Assembly (NCBI GenBank): GCA_951406725.2
Contig: OX597814.1
Coordinates: 97,650,001-97,714,000 of the forward strand
Reading direction: 5' to 3'
From: Octopus vulgaris
Taxonomy: Eukaryota
DNA length: 64,000 nt
Shown: one piece after another, positions 35,873 through 49,861 of the stretch
How positions within the stretch are numbered: the stretch's first letter is position 1
How the letters are laid out: the number at the start of each line of letters is the position of its first letter
Program-made: the position numbers and the translations under genes
The notes under the pieces: generated by a model
Seen by the model: only the letters and a program-made list of their open reading frames with translations
What the model was told of the DNA's origin: nothing
The model's database searches: none

Positions 35873-38025
35873 AATATTAGTTCATTCAATCATTTAGATA
35901 CTACATTTAGAACAAATTTATTAAACTGTGCTTTTATCTAATTTTGTAAGTAGGCAGCACACACAAAACACCTTAAATATGCACCTCTGATATATTTTCA
36001 TACCCCTCTGTAGAAAACATGGACTCGTTCAGTTGTATTCAAATTTGTTGTGTACGACCCGTTCTTATAACGGAAAGCATTGTGTAGAGAATAAAGGAAA
36101 TGGTCTGAAAATGAATTGTCTTTTTCTAAGAAAATTGAAGTCGCATATTTTCAACGAATAAATTTAACCAGACGTGATATAATATTATTCATAAACACAG
36201 AAACAAAGATTTTTCTATTGAATGCACTATGAGTGTACTCCAAACTCTTTGGTATAGCAGGAGAAAGTATGCTTGCCTATTCAAATTGTCACGTCTCCAT
36301 AGATTGTCTTTGCGGTAATGTTTGTTTAATTCCACTTTGCATTATGTTGAATTATAAGCACATTTATCTGGAATGAATAAGAAAATATTTGTCACGTGAT
36401 ACTTAATGAGAAGTTTCGTTTCGAGTGATCAATTTAAGATAGAAATATTTTCTTAGGTATATTTAGATAGAAAGAATGTGGCAGCAGTAACAATAATAGT
36501 AATAATTACAACCACAGTAACAACAACAAATTCTAGATATTTGTCAGACCAATAATATAGTATAATGGAACAGCGGCAAAACCATCTCAAATCCCGGCAG
36601 GAATTGCAAATCCGTGTATTGTCTTAGCAATGACGACGGCGATGATGATGATGGTGAGGAGGACGACGACTACGAAGACGGCGGCGGTGGCGATTGTGGT
36701 AGGAATATTTCGATGATGATGATGACAACGACGATAAAGAAGATTATTAATGATACTTTCTACCATAGGTATAAGGTCTGAAACTTTGAGGATTGAGGCT
36801 AGTCGGTTACATCGACATCAAGTGCTCAATTGGTACTTAAATTATCAAACTCGAAAGGATGAAAGGCAAAGTCGACCCCGCGGAATTTGAACTCGGAACA
36901 TAAGGACGGACGAAATGCCGCTAAGCATTTTGCCCGGCGTTTTAACGATTCTGCCAGCTCGTTCGTTGTCTTAAGAGAAATAGGTTTTTAAAATGTTATG
37001 AAACAAAAATACTATCAAATAAATTACAAGTCTTTTAATATGGGTATATTAGAAGACACTTGAGAATATCATGGATAGAACACAAAACCTATTATGAATT
37101 TCAAAAAGATGGTATATTGAATACCATGAAAAAGAGAAAACTAAACTATCTTAGAAAGTTAATAAGAAAACTTGTCCATTTTTTTGCCTCCGACTAATAG
37201 TCTTTACGATGACAATTGGTAAAAGGCGATAACCAATGGAAAGAAAAGTAGAAAAAGCGTAGAACGGGGTGAAATAGTAGCAAGAATTGGGAAGATTTAT
37301 AAAGATATAGTAATGTATAAAGAGAAGAAAAGAAAGACTGAGGTGGTGACCCGTAATATTCAACCTACTGAAAGCAAATGATAATTGTTAATCCCATTAC
37401 GCTTTCAGTAAAAAATGTACGTGTGCTATCGAACCCGAAAGGATGAAAGGCAAAGTCAATCTCGGTAGAATTTTAAAACCGGAAGAAATGCTGTGAAGTA
37501 TTTCGTCCGGCGTGCTAACGACTCTGCTAGCGTGCTCCTTACGCTGATTATTAATAATGGTTTCAAATTTTGATACAAGACCAGCAATTTCGGGGGAAGA
37601 GGTAAGTCGATTACATGGATCCCAGTGCTCAACTGGCACTTATTTTATCAACCCTGGATGGATGAAATGCAAAGTCGACCTCGGTGGAATCTGAACTCAG
37701 AACGTAATGAACCGGAAGAAATGCCGTGAAGCATTTTGTCCGGCGTACTAACTACTCCGCCAGCTAGCCGCCTTACACTGATAATCAATAACGATGAGGA
37801 AATTTCAGTGGCACAGGTTTGCTGGCGTGGAGCCATATTCTAAATGGAATGTAAATTCCTGTACCAAACTTGCCCAAGACACAATCCTCATCAGGAAGTT
37901 CTCCCACAGAAGTTTCAAATCTCATGTCAATTCGAATCGAAGTCATTCTGTCTCTTCAATTTGTGAATGCAACGTTGAAGTTCAGTTGGAATAACATGAC
38001 GAACCACAACACCACCAACAAACAA

Positions 38026-38059
<34 letters not shown>

Positions 38060-38658
38060 CCACAGCTGTTGTTGCGGTGTTGCTGCTGTTGCTAATGGTG
38101 ATGACAACGACGACGGCAGCTGCGGCGACAGTGGTGGCGGTGGAGAAATACTAAATCCTTTGATCAGGAATAACGAAGTAAACATTTTATTTTATGGAAT
38201 TGACTGGGTACATTATTTTATTGGTTAAACAGAGGAAGAGGTGCGGCGCTTCTTTTAGAGATCCATCACAAAGTGGTGAGATCGACAGGGATTCATGAGG
38301 ATAATGATTAACAAAATCATGACTGATAAAAACCATTTAATGTGGTCTTCCTGATGAGTAAGTTTGTTTATTGATACACATTGATACACGTTAAGGTGAA
38401 TGGAAATAGATAAGAAACAAAGGTGGCTAGTGAGGCTGGAAGACGGCTGTTTACAACTCTCCTGTTGAGAGAGACAGAAGCTGTGATGGAGAAGGAACAG
38501 CGGGACTGTAGGCCAGAGATGATAATGCGAAGGTGAGTGAGGGAGCGATGGCGATTTTTGCCAATCAGTCGAATAAACGTCTTTTAGCTGTGGTCTTCGA
38601 TGTTTGTATATGCAAAAGTAGCACTGTCTCAGACATGGCAGCAATATCCCTTAATGAA

Positions 38659-38890
38659 GGCGGCGAGCTGGCAGAAACGTTAGCACGCCGGGCGAAATGC
38701 GTGGCCGTATTTCGTCTGCCGTTACGTTCTGGGTTCAAATTCCGCCGAGGTCGACTTTGCCTTTCATCCTTTCGGGGTCGACAAATTAAGTACCAGTTAC
38801 GCACTGGGGTCGATCTAATCGACTTAATCCGTTTTTCTGTCCTTGTTTGTCCCCTCTGTGTTTAGCCCCTTGTGGGTAGTAAAGATATAA
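38659..38890 (+). mobile_element. SINE family A, young copy
   Basis: TSD aatat(c/a)ccttaatgaag. Confidence 0.9.
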
Positions 38891-38899
38891 ATATACCTT

Positions 38900-40130
38900 A
38901 ATGAAGCTTACATGAGGTTTGTAGAGAGCTTAGCAACTGTTCAGATCTGAAGTATTTTTCCGTTCCTAAAGAAGGTTAGTCAATGGGATGCAGTTTTTTT
39001 TATTGTGTTATGGATGTAAGAGCTCATTAGTGATTATGGAGCCTAGCATTTGTAGAGACCCCGGAAGTTTTAACTGTGTTTTGTCCAAGATTGGAGCAGG
39101 TAAGGCACAATATTCTTTTCTTGATAAAAGCAGTGATTATGTATTTGTGTTAAAAGAAACTAGATTATCGGGCTCCCAGTGAATGATGTTTTCGGAGATC
39201 ACTATTCATAGAGGCAGTGCAGGTTTGGCGAGTGACATATAAGTTACATCCGGATGACTCTTGTATGTAGAAGTTTAAGAAAGGTTAAAGAATGAGACTT
39301 CTTACGCAGGAGTGAGCGCAGTTGTTTAGCCCCCATGTTGGCCATGAGAAAGTAGAAAGGCTGTGATGATCAAAAGTCATTCCTGCCAGGATCACACGGC
39401 CTCTTTTCTGGAACAGTGTGCACTAGACAATATTATCCAATGTATCTGTTTTAGTGTATGGTTTGAAACAGATTTAGTCGCTATTTCTAGTAAGATAACC
39501 TCTAGTAAGATAAGAGGCTCCATTGCTGTAAAAAATTGCAGCAAGCATTGCGTTGAGTTAAGGAAGATGAGTGGGAAGACAATTGAATCTTGAGGTACAC
39601 CAGACTTTGTAGACTGTGTGTCGGAAAGTAGGCCGTCAGTACGCCCTGCAATGGAACTATTTAATGGGAAGCTTCCAACCCATGGAATGAAAGATGGATG
39701 AAACCCATAAGTGGAAGTTAGTTAGGGGATTCTCATACCAGAAATATTGTCTAGTGCACACTGTTCCAGAAAAGAGGCTGTGTGATCCCGGCAGGAATGA
39801 CTTTTGATCATCACAGCCTTTCTGCTCTCTCATGACCAACATAGAGGTTAAACAACTGCGCTCACTCCTGTGTAAGATGTCTCACTCTTTAACCTTCCTT
39901 ACCAGAAAAGACAAAGGCTTCGCTGAAATCAATTGCTTTTGTTACAGTTCTCTATGGTACAGGAATCCTGGTTAACAACACAGAAGAACAGGTTTCCAAT
40001 AGACATGGTTCTACGGAAACCGTAATGGTGATGAAGACAGCAATTGTTAATAACTGTTACAATCGCATTTGAGATATTGGAACTGAGATCGATTGGTCGG
40101 TAATTGGCAATGTCATAGAGGGTCCATTTA
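38900..40130 (-). pseudogene. Highly decayed LINE reverse transcriptase fragment
   Basis: ANYRPI, YGFR, GVPQ.S and W..NLVSFN motifs in the expected order on the minus strand. Confidence 0.65.
39277..39900. repeat. 158-bp inverted repeat (39277-39434 / 39743-39900)
   Basis: Direct reverse-complement match with no net indel. Confidence 0.9.
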
Positions 40131-40180
40131 CTGTAGATGCAAATACTGTAACATGTTTCTGATGTTTGCAATAGAACTGT

Positions 40181-40299
<119 letters not shown>

Positions 40300-40639
40300 C
40301 CGACAGACAATACGTCAGAGACGGAGAATGTCGTTAGATTTGTTTGTCTGAAGCGACTGGGATTATTTTTGCTCTTGGTATCTAATGTTTATGTGGAAGT
40401 GAGATTGATGAAATGGATGGGGAATGCAAGGAGGGATTTTGCCAAATGTGTGTATTATGAAGTTGCACGCAAAATAGGCTACCACTGAGAAAGCTTTCTC
40501 CGCAAAAGATCATTCTGGTTGAGGATTGATTGATTGGAATATTTCGCAACATTGATAAATATCTGCTTGGCAATAGACTATGGGGTTGATTTAATCAACT
40601 CAACCTTAATCCTAAACAAGAAACATCACTTGGTTCAAT

Positions 40640-41470
40640 ACGCTTTTTGTATAAATATAGCAATAAACGTGGCACACACTTTCTCGTCACTAATCGGCAA
40701 TTCTCCCCATCCGAACATAAGAACCAGAAACTATTCAATAGGAACAACAAAAATGCTGCATTCAGTAGCACAAAAATTATAAACTATACCATACAAACAG
40801 TAAACTGCAATATAATACGCAACACACAATATATATCTGAAAACACATGCAACTTCAATGGCCTATGGTAATGTCTTAAGAGGAAACTGTCTTAAAATCA
40901 AAGAAGGCGTGTACCGCCTTATGGAAACGGTGTGCTCATAAAATTTTGCTGTAAAACTGTATAACGCGAAATGTACTTCCTTTGGCCTTCCATGTTTATT
41001 AACTTCTATGTTCATTGACTTCCATGTTGATTGACTTCCATGTGTATTGACGTCCATGTATCACAGAAGTCAATGGAAAATAAGTTTCACATTACGGTAA
41101 AATTTCAGGAATGTAATGAAGGAGATGCTTGTAATCTTTAAAGCAACGATATCGCAAGAAAAACAGTTCGAAAAAATTATATCGGTAAAACCAACATAAC
41201 CTTCAACGTCAGATATACACAACACTTACATTCATTTTGAGAAGTAACCAGACGTCCCTGATTAAATACATCTGTGGTTTTAAAAAAACATGTTTTCCAA
41301 AAAACGGCATATAAAAGGTAGTGCACCTCACTTGTTTATTTTCCTGAAAATACCTCTTATTCATCACAGAAAACACAACATAATCATATAAAGCACAAAT
41401 TATAAAACAAAAGAAATTAGATCATATCACACTGCATACACCAAAACATGTTTATCCTAGAAAATTATCT
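40640..41470 (+). pseudogene. Decayed Penelope-like element C-terminus (GIY-YIG endonuclease)
   Basis: KLFNRN..AFSST..TCN, then VIFKAT..YIGKT..F..RY..H..SF with frameshift and stop. Confidence 0.65.
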
Positions 41471-41569
41471 GAACTACAAACAGGACAGACAATCAACGAT
41501 ATCTAACGGTAAAAACCAAACCAACACCAACAGAATAGTAATCTCAATCTATCTAGAAAAAAACACAGC

Positions 41570-44428
41570 TGTTGTGTGTAGTTTGTGTTATGATGGGAAA
41601 GACACCAATTGAAAACCATTGTTATGTTTACGTGTTTATTGACTTTACATGTTACACGGACGACGACGTTCAGCGTAGTAATACATTATATACTTTACAC
41701 ACAGTTTGTACTATTCACTACAAAATAGTGCCAAGAGTGGGGATGTACGTATACACAGATATGAATGTGTAACATCCCTTCTTCTTGAAAAAAATATAAA
41801 GGGGTCTTCTGGCAGTGAAGACAATTATGAGTAGTCTCCCTTGCTCCATGGATTGTCAGCCTGTCTTTTTTTTTTCTTTAGCGATATCGAACCGGTGGCA
41901 GAATGTTCTTTCTCCATCTGGTGGATCTTGTGCTTCGCACCGGTGTCTGAGGTGTGTTGTTGGGCTGCTGATATGTGGTTTGTGCCCGTTGGGATGATGA
42001 TTCTATGGGTGTTGTCACTAATGCAGCATGTGTTGTACACGTTTTCCTCGGCAGCTCTGGTGTTGGGCGGATGTGGGCCCTGTTGCGTCTCAGCTGCCTA
42101 CCAGATTCTGTTTCTATTATATATGATCTTGGAGTTTCAGCTCTACTGACCTGTGCTGGGATCCATGTTTTAGTTATGGGATCTTGAGTATGCACATGTT
42201 GTCCTCCAAGCATCTCAGGTAAATATTGTGCATGTTTGTTGTAATACCTCTGTGATTGTTCCTGAGTGGCTGCTAGCTTTGCCCTTGTCTCTTCCTGGTC
42301 AATAGGAGGTTGGATCTTAGTTGGCAGGGTATACTTCCTACCATTCAGCAATTCTGCTGGGGATTTCATATCAGCTCTCAGTGGTGTCGCTCGTAGGGAC
42401 AGAAGTGCCAGGTGTGGGTCTTCCTTAGTCTCTCGGCATTTGACTAGTGTTCTCTTCACTGTCTGCACCTGTCTTTCTATAAACCCATGGCCTTTGGGGT
42501 AGTGTGGAGATGAAGTTGTAATATTGAACCCATACTCATCGGCTAGCTTTTTGAATTCTTGTGATGTGAACTGGGTTCCCTTGTCACATATGATCTGCTC
42601 TGGTATTCCTTGCTCTGCTAGGAGTCCTCGAGCCACTGTAGTGATTGTTTTGGCTGTCAGGTCTTTCACTTTTCTCACAAATGGAAATTTGGAGTAGTAG
42701 CAGGCCATTATTAAATACCATTCTTGGCCCTCTGTGAATAGATCTACTCCAATAGTTTGCCATGGCCTTCTTGGAATGTCACTAGATATCATTTCCTCCT
42801 TTTGTTGTGAGGTTTCCTCTTTGATTTCCACTAGCTTATCGGTTGTCACATTTACAATGTGGTGGACCTTTCTGCTTAGTCCTTCCATCTCCTGTTTGTT
42901 TGCGATTGGTGGTCGGTCTCTGATAGGCATATCACTGTCAATCCTGCTTGGAGCTGCTTTCACTTCAGTATTGACCGACACAATATTTAACCTCCTGCAG
43001 GTATCGAGTCCAAGAATTGCTGGGCCTTCTGTTCTTGTGACATAAAATGTACACTCGATTGATTTCCCTTTGTGTGTCCCCCTAATCGTTGTTTTACCCA
43101 GTTGTGGAATCCTGGTTCCTCCGTACGCAGTGAGGACCACATCACTTGGTGTGAGGATTCCTTTCCTGACCCTATCCTCTTCTGTCATATTTTCTGGGAA
43201 CATCTTCTTGTATAAGCTGACAGGCAAGATATCACTCTGGGCCCCAGTGTCTATCTTGAGCCTTAAGTCAATGTTTGTTCTTTTCCTTTCGGGCTTCTTT
43301 TGAATTCTTATTGTCGTGTATGCCTCATCTTCTTTCTTCCGGTCGTCCTTTCCCATCTCATGCACATTTATTATGCCGATTGCCAAGAATTCCTCCTCTG
43401 AGGTGCTTTGTTCCTGTTGTTGTGCATGTATATCTCTTCTATTTCTGCTCCTCTTTGAAAATTGGGGCTTGTATCTCTGGGATTTTGTTACCCTACACAT
43501 TTTTTTCCAGTGGTTAAGTTTTCCACATCCTTTGCAGTGTGTACCGAATGCAGGACATTTTTCCCGGTTATTAAATTCATGCTCTGTACCACAGTACCGG
43601 CATGTTCTTTGTTTGTGGGTATGTGTCCTGTGCCTATATACAGTATCTACACTGCTATCTAGTGGGCTTGTTTGTAAGCTTAGTGAGGCCATCCGTTTGG
43701 TAGTAGCCTCGAATGCTCTTGCAGTGTCTACTGCTTCTACCAACTGGAGAGCGTCCTTACCTATAAGGGATTTCTGAACTTCTTTGTGGGCACACCCCCA
43801 TATTAATTGGTCTACAAGTCTCTCCTCCCTGTCTTTGAATTTGCATTTCTCTGCAACATTTTTCAGTCTTGACAGGAAATTGTCTATTGTTTCGTGTGGG
43901 TCTTGTTTCAGGCCCTGGAATTCGTATCTGTGAATTCTATGGTTCGACCTGGGCTCTAGGTGCCTTTCAAATTTCTCAAGAAGTGTGTCTTGGTTATTGC
44001 AGTCGAACTCTAACATATCCCAGCTATTGTATAGGTCTATTCCTTTATTACCTGACCATAAAAGGATATAGCTAACCATTTCATCGTCAGTTGTGCCTTT
44101 CAGGAAACTTTTGAAAGCTAGTTGAGCTTTTTGTTTGAATTTTTTAAATTCTTCTAAGACATCACTCGAATCCCAATTCATAATTGGATGTAGATTCATC
44201 TGTACGGCGACGGAGGTCGCCATTTTGGATTCGTTGTTTATGTTGTCCGAAGGCGAAGCGATGTTTTGTTTGTTAATTTCCTGGTTCGTTGTGTTTCAGA
44301 TTTGTTGTAAAGGCACAGCTTCCGTTTCATTATTTACCGCTGCCACCATGTTGTGTGTAGTTTGTGTTCTGATGGGAAAGACACCAATTGATAACCATTG
44401 TTATGTTTACGTGTTTATTGACTTTACA
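41570..44428 (-). mobile_element. Same Gypsy family, copy 2, with truncated 5' LTR
   Basis: 3' LTR 41570-41774; 5' LTR 44349-44428 (only 80 bp). PBS 44336-44348. Perfect TSD ACAGC at 41565-41569 and 44429-44433. Confidence 0.95.
41878..44223 (-). CDS. Uninterrupted 781-aa Gag-protease-integrase-core polyprotein lacking RT, RNaseH and the integrase HHCC domain
   Basis: CCHC knuckles (CRYCGTEH..C, CKGCGKLNHWKKMC), protease LKIDTGA, integrase D-D-E (IGVDLF, IICDKG, FIERQV). No YxDD RT motif. Confidence 0.85.
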   Translation of the reverse strand: MATSVAVQMNLHPIMNWDSSDVLEEFKKFKQKAQLAFKSFLKGTTDDEMVSYILLWSGNKGIDLYNSWDMLEFDCNNQDTLLEKFERHLEPRSNHRIHRYEFQGLKQDPHETIDNFLSRLKNVAEKCKFKDREERLVDQLIWGCAHKEVQKSLIGKDALQLVEAVDTARAFEATTKRMASLSLQTSPLDSSVDTVYRHRTHTHKQRTCRYCGTEHEFNNREKCPAFGTHCKGCGKLNHWKKMCRVTKSQRYKPQFSKRSRNRRDIHAQQQEQSTSEEEFLAIGIINVHEMGKDDRKKEDEAYTTIRIQKKPERKRTNIDLRLKIDTGAQSDILPVSLYKKMFPENMTEEDRVRKGILTPSDVVLTAYGGTRIPQLGKTTIRGTHKGKSIECTFYVTRTEGPAILGLDTCRRLNIVSVNTEVKAAPSRIDSDMPIRDRPPIANKQEMEGLSRKVHHIVNVTTDKLVEIKEETSQQKEEMISSDIPRRPWQTIGVDLFTEGQEWYLIMACYYSKFPFVRKVKDLTAKTITTVARGLLAEQGIPEQIICDKGTQFTSQEFKKLADEYGFNITTSSPHYPKGHGFIERQVQTVKRTLVKCRETKEDPHLALLSLRATPLRADMKSPAELLNGRKYTLPTKIQPPIDQEETRAKLAATQEQSQRYYNKHAQYLPEMLGGQHVHTQDPITKTWIPAQVSRAETPRSYIIETESGRQLRRNRAHIRPTPELPRKTCTTHAALVTTPIESSSQRAQTTYQQPNNTPQTPVRSTRSTRWRKNILPPVRYR

Positions 44429-44499
44429 ACAGCCATACTAACATTAAGAGAAATAGAGCCACAAACAACATATTCAAATCAGACATGTAAACATGCACA

Positions 44500-44562
<63 letters not shown>

Positions 44563-45621
44563 TCACACACACACGTACACACACAAGTCTTCTGTTTAAT
44601 TTGATAAGCAAGCTACCTTCATATAAACAAGTAAATCTAATGACAATAACAGTTAAACTGACTAGATATAAGCAAATTAGCAAGTTTCGCTGTCATTATC
44701 AATAGATTTACTTGGTTATTTGAAGGTACCTTGTACTTCTAACTAGCCATAAACAACAGCTTCCCTGCTGTGACAGTTACCAGCCTCATTTTCTCAGCTG
44801 AGGGCAGAGTTGCATGTCTTCAGATAGTTCCATCTCTGAAGCAGCGGATGTCATGTGTTACTGAGCAAAAAGTATGCTTTCAATTTCTGATATATTGACC
44901 TTTTTTTATCTTCTTTCTATTCCCCCGCCCCCTCCCCGGATAGTTTTTAATCATTGTTTTTCTCCAAGGCACTTATTAAATAAATAAAAAAATATGTGAG
45001 TTTTTATGGGCAATTTTAACAACAGGCATGATTTGCGCAATCATAATAAACAGAAGCATTTTTTTCTGTTTTATTATTAGGGCGTTGTCCTCTTTTGTTA
45101 AAGAGTTACATTTATCTTTGTTACTTATAAAGGCGAGTAACATATGTGTGTAGGATAGCAGGGTCGTAAATTCTATGCAATTGTTTAATTAGGTGAATGT
45201 GCTGTGCTAGTTCATGAAATAGCTGTTTGTGTCACAAACTGTATAAGAACGTGAAAATAATACATTATGACATAGTTCAACAAGTAATTTTATCAGAAAT
45301 GATTTTAGGTGCATATAAAGATTTTTTTGCACTGGTTTTGAAACTATGTTTTGTTGTTGCTGTGGTTGTACCCCCACTATCACGTATATATATTCGATAT
45401 ATTTCTATCTTTTAGGTTTTATATTTAAACGCATAATTTGGATTTTTTAGAGGTGTACCACTAGGAAGTATGTCGTCATACACTTGATAAGATGAAAGGA
45501 AAGTTGATAATTGGCTGAATGAGTCGTTGCTTTTGACTCATGGCATTTTTGTTGTTAAAACTTTGCACGGAGGAACTACGGAGAAGGGAATGAGAATTGT
45601 TGTCATACAGTGGTGTAGTTA

Positions 45622-45671
<50 letters not shown>

Positions 45672-46319
45672 GAAGCGGTAATGACAAAGTGAGACAGCAT
45701 GAATGCAAGTGTCATCTGCCATAGTGTAACACTTAAAATAATACCAATTCAGGTAGCTTGGGTTGCAGACTCTTCACATTTGATGTCAAACATCAGCTGA
45801 TACTAAATAACACCTGACGTGAACGCCTAACTCTTTCGCCTTTTCTTCGTTTTGTTAGACCTTATATTAGAAACTGACTGATCACCATCAGTAACCCAGG
45901 TTGGTTCGTTTACTGCTGATAGCATCAAGTATATTTGTAAAATATACTAGTCAGCTTTTGGTTGAGCTTAATCATTGTATTCAAAGAAAAATAGTGCTCA
46001 GTTTTTTTATGACGTCATCATTCAATTTGGAAAGTTTGGTTGCTGTTTACAGAAAATTTCGTAATAGAAAATAATGAGATCTAGTTTCAAATGTCAGGCA
46101 AAGACATGCAAACAGATGCTAAAAAATTACTGTTTGATTCAAATGAAAGCAACAACATTCGTAGCGCTAATATCTTAAAGAATAGTTCTCTTAATTTTCA
46201 ATGGTTTAATTGCATTTGATACAGACGGAGTTCAAATCTATGAAGAGATTTTGAATTTATAGAAAGATAGGTTGTATTTCTTCTAACATGATTCTTCTCA
46301 GAAGAATGTAATATCATTT

Positions 46320-46860
46320 GACAGGAACACAGTATAAATAAATACACGGAACAAGGTGGTAACTTTAAATGTCTTTAATGCCGGTCACACGTATATATAC
46401 ACAAGCTGAATGATAAATGGAAGTGGTTGATGGACATTTATTTATATATCTACATGCATCTGCGTGGGTTGTATGTTTGCTGTTAACCCTGGTGAGGACG
46501 CTCACGAACAGCGATATGTTAGAACCTGTGCAGTGTTGTCGGTGCTGCGTAGATGTTGTTGACGACGTTTGTGAGAGACATGATGGTGGTGACGAAGATG
46601 GAGGTCGCTGTAATGTGGTCAACGGTTAGGCCTTTGAAGGTCTGGAACCAACAGACCCCGAGACTAGAAAGAGGTGAGTTTTATAGTTAACGGTAGGCTC
46701 AAATGTAGTTTAGAACAGACTGTCTCACGTGATTTATTTGGAGGCTGCGATTGGTTGGGTTGCATATTGGCGCGCGATAGAGTAAGAGACAAATTGCGCC
46801 AATACCAACCAATCAGAGTGGTAGACACAACAGGGTCCAAAACAGCGTCCGAAGGTTAGC
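46320..46860 (-). mobile_element. Diverged relative of the 19417-20425 LTR-like element
   Basis: Shared GACCCTGTTGTGTC..CTCTGATTGGTTGG..TTTGAGCCTACC..CTATAAAA blocks. Confidence 0.55.
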
Positions 46861-46979
46861 TGTTACCTGCTATGTTCGTATGTATGTATGTATGTATGTA
46901 TGTATGTATGTATGTATGTATGTATGTATATGTATGTATGTATGTATGTATGTATGAATGTATAATAGAGAGAGGAAGT

Positions 46980-47500
46980 TCACTAGAGTTCGCTACAAAT
47001 TGTTAGATGCTTCTGAAAAATCTAAACATTCAGTTTTCTAAAACTGAAGAAATCGTCAAGCTTATTGATCATCACGGAGTTCAGTCTTTGCCTATCCTGT
47101 GTATTACATGTGATACCGAGGATACATTTCCCTCCATTATATATGATACACATTCCCAAACTTTTTTCCACCGCCAGAGTTACTTGGGGTTTACAGAAAG
47201 AAAGCCTTATATTACTAAGAACGTATGAGACGAGAACTATGTAAGAGTCTGGAAACAAACATAGACGTTTAGGACAAACTTATGGAAATACTTTGGACAG
47301 GCAAAAGGTTAAAATGTTTCCGAAATATAAGAATAGCTATTCAGATACTATTCACAATTGCAATTTCAGTTGTCAGCTGTGAACGATCTTTCAGCAAGTT
47401 GAAATTAATCTTATCATACTTGAGCGTTTCAATGATTCAAGACTATTGGCTTTAAGCTTTACTCAGAATTGAACGTAAAAAAAGTGAAAACAATTTTTTG
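46980..47500 (+). pseudogene. hAT transposase C-terminal fragment
   Basis: TIAISVVSCERSFSKLKLI dimerisation motif near 47355-47410. Confidence 0.75.
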
Positions 47501-47719
47501 TATTGCTATATTTGTAAGTATATCAATAATCATTTTATATACATTTTGTTGGCGTGGCTGTATGATAAGAAGCTTGCTTCTCAACCATGGTTCCGCGTTC
47601 AGTCCCACTGTACGGCACCTCGGGTAAGTGTCTTCTATTATAGCCTCACCGACCAAAGCCTTGTGCATGGATTTGATAGACGGGAACTGAAAGAAGCCCA
47701 TCGTATATATATATATACA

Positions 47720-48533
47720 CAAGCTGAATTACCCAGTAATACATGGAAAAGCACGGGTTATTTCCAGTTCCTATTCCTATTACACTGTTTCATGTTCTAT
47801 CCCGTTCCCATTTTAGTTCCGCTCCCATTCCTATCCACAATCCTACGTCAATATATAAATTTTAGAATCAATTAGGTGTAATTAAGCCATTAAATATTTT
47901 ATTAATCTTTATGGTAATAGTTTATTGCTAAAAATAAGTATTACAAACTATTAGTACGATTAGTGGATGAATAAGGGATGTTCCTGTATTATTTTAACAA
48001 ACGAATATGCATCTGAGTAAAATTAATGAGTTGACCAGTAATTCTGGGAAAGCGGAGGTTATCCCCAGTTCCCGTTTACCATTACACTGTTCCATGTCCT
48101 GTTCAGTCCCCGTCTTTATGCCCAACCCGTCGATTATGTTAATAGTTTATTGCTAAAAATAGGTATTACAAACTATCAGTTCGATTACTGGGTAAATAAG
48201 GAATGTCCCTATATCATTTTAACAAACTAATATATATTTGAGTAAAATAAATTAGATAAATAGATTTACAAATACATAGACAAATAGTCTGCATATTGTA
48301 GCTGGCGTTATCGCGTGTCGTAGCTTATCGTAGCTGATTTGTAAACATTTGCTACAGCCCCGCTCCCTAGAGGGTCCACTATAGATTTTTATTGAAATCC
48401 AATTAGCCTATTATTGAACTGGATGTTAGTGTAACATGTATGCTAAAGTTTAGTGAATATTGGTTCGGTGTTTTAAGCACTAAGATTATAACAGACAGTC
48501 AGGCACGTAGAAATTGCCATTTATATATATAGA
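47720..48533 (-). mobile_element. Non-autonomous Helitron inserted in a family B SINE
   Basis: A|TCTATATATA 5' end at 48533; degenerate CTTG|T 3' end; internal duplication; SINE halves on either side. Confidence 0.7.
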
Positions 48534-48952
48534 TGTGTGTGTGTGTGTGTGTGTGTGTAACTTTGTGTCTGTGTTTATCCCCCACGACCACTTGACAACC
48601 GGTGTTGATGTGTTTACGTCCCCATAATTTAGCTGTTCGACAAAAGAGACCGAGAGAATAAGAGCTAGGCTTACAAAGAATAAATCCTGCGGTCGATTTC
48701 TTCGACTAAAATCCTTTAAGGTGGTGCTCCAGCAAGGCCACAATCAAATGACTGAAACAAATTAAAGAATGCATTATATATAACTGCCTTTCGTTTACCA
48801 TACAATAAACTACTAAAAAATTACTCCGATGAAGTTTGAGCAACATAACAGGAATCAGCTATTGCAGAATTATAAAGCACAACGGCTTTGTGGGCACCAT
48901 TTTTGATTTACACCTGTATATTTAAGCCTGGTTCTGTGAGTCAGTATAATGA

Positions 48953-49077
<125 letters not shown>

Positions 49078-49706
49078 ACATGTTTCCCATAACATAATGA
49101 CTAGCTAGTTAGTATCTAACTCAATGCTTCTAAAGCCATTAATTTCCTGATATACTATTACTAATAACCAATTAAAACTCTCATCTATATCCAATTAAAT
49201 ATACTGTGTGTGTGTTTTCAGGCATAGTTCTTTTATTCTTTTATTTTTTTTTACTTGTTTCAGATATTTTACTACGGCCCATGCTAGGGCACTGCATTGA
49301 AGGGTTTTAGTCGAACAAATCGAACCCAGGACTTACGTTTTAATCCAAGTACTTATTCTATCTCTCTCTTTTAGTGAACTGCTAAGTTACGGGGACGTAA
49401 GCACACCAACACTGGTTGTCAAGCGGTTATGGGGAACAAACACAGACGCAAAGACACAGACACATAGATATATACATATATATACGACGGACTTCTTTCA
49501 GTTTTTGTCTACCAAATCCACTCACAAGGCTTTAGTCGCCTGAGGCTATAGTAGAAGATACTTACCCAAAGTGCCATGCAATGGGACTGAACCCGGAGCC
49601 ATATGGTTGAGAAGCTAGCTTCTTACCACAGACTGTGCGATGAAAGTTACATATCCAAAATTTCGACATAACTGTCAGCCTTTTCATTGAAATATCTATC
49701 TATTTA

Positions 49707-49788
<82 letters not shown>

Positions 49789-49828
49789 CGTTTATCTGTC
49801 TGTCTATCTATCTGTCTGTCTATCTATT

Positions 49829-49861
<33 letters not shown>

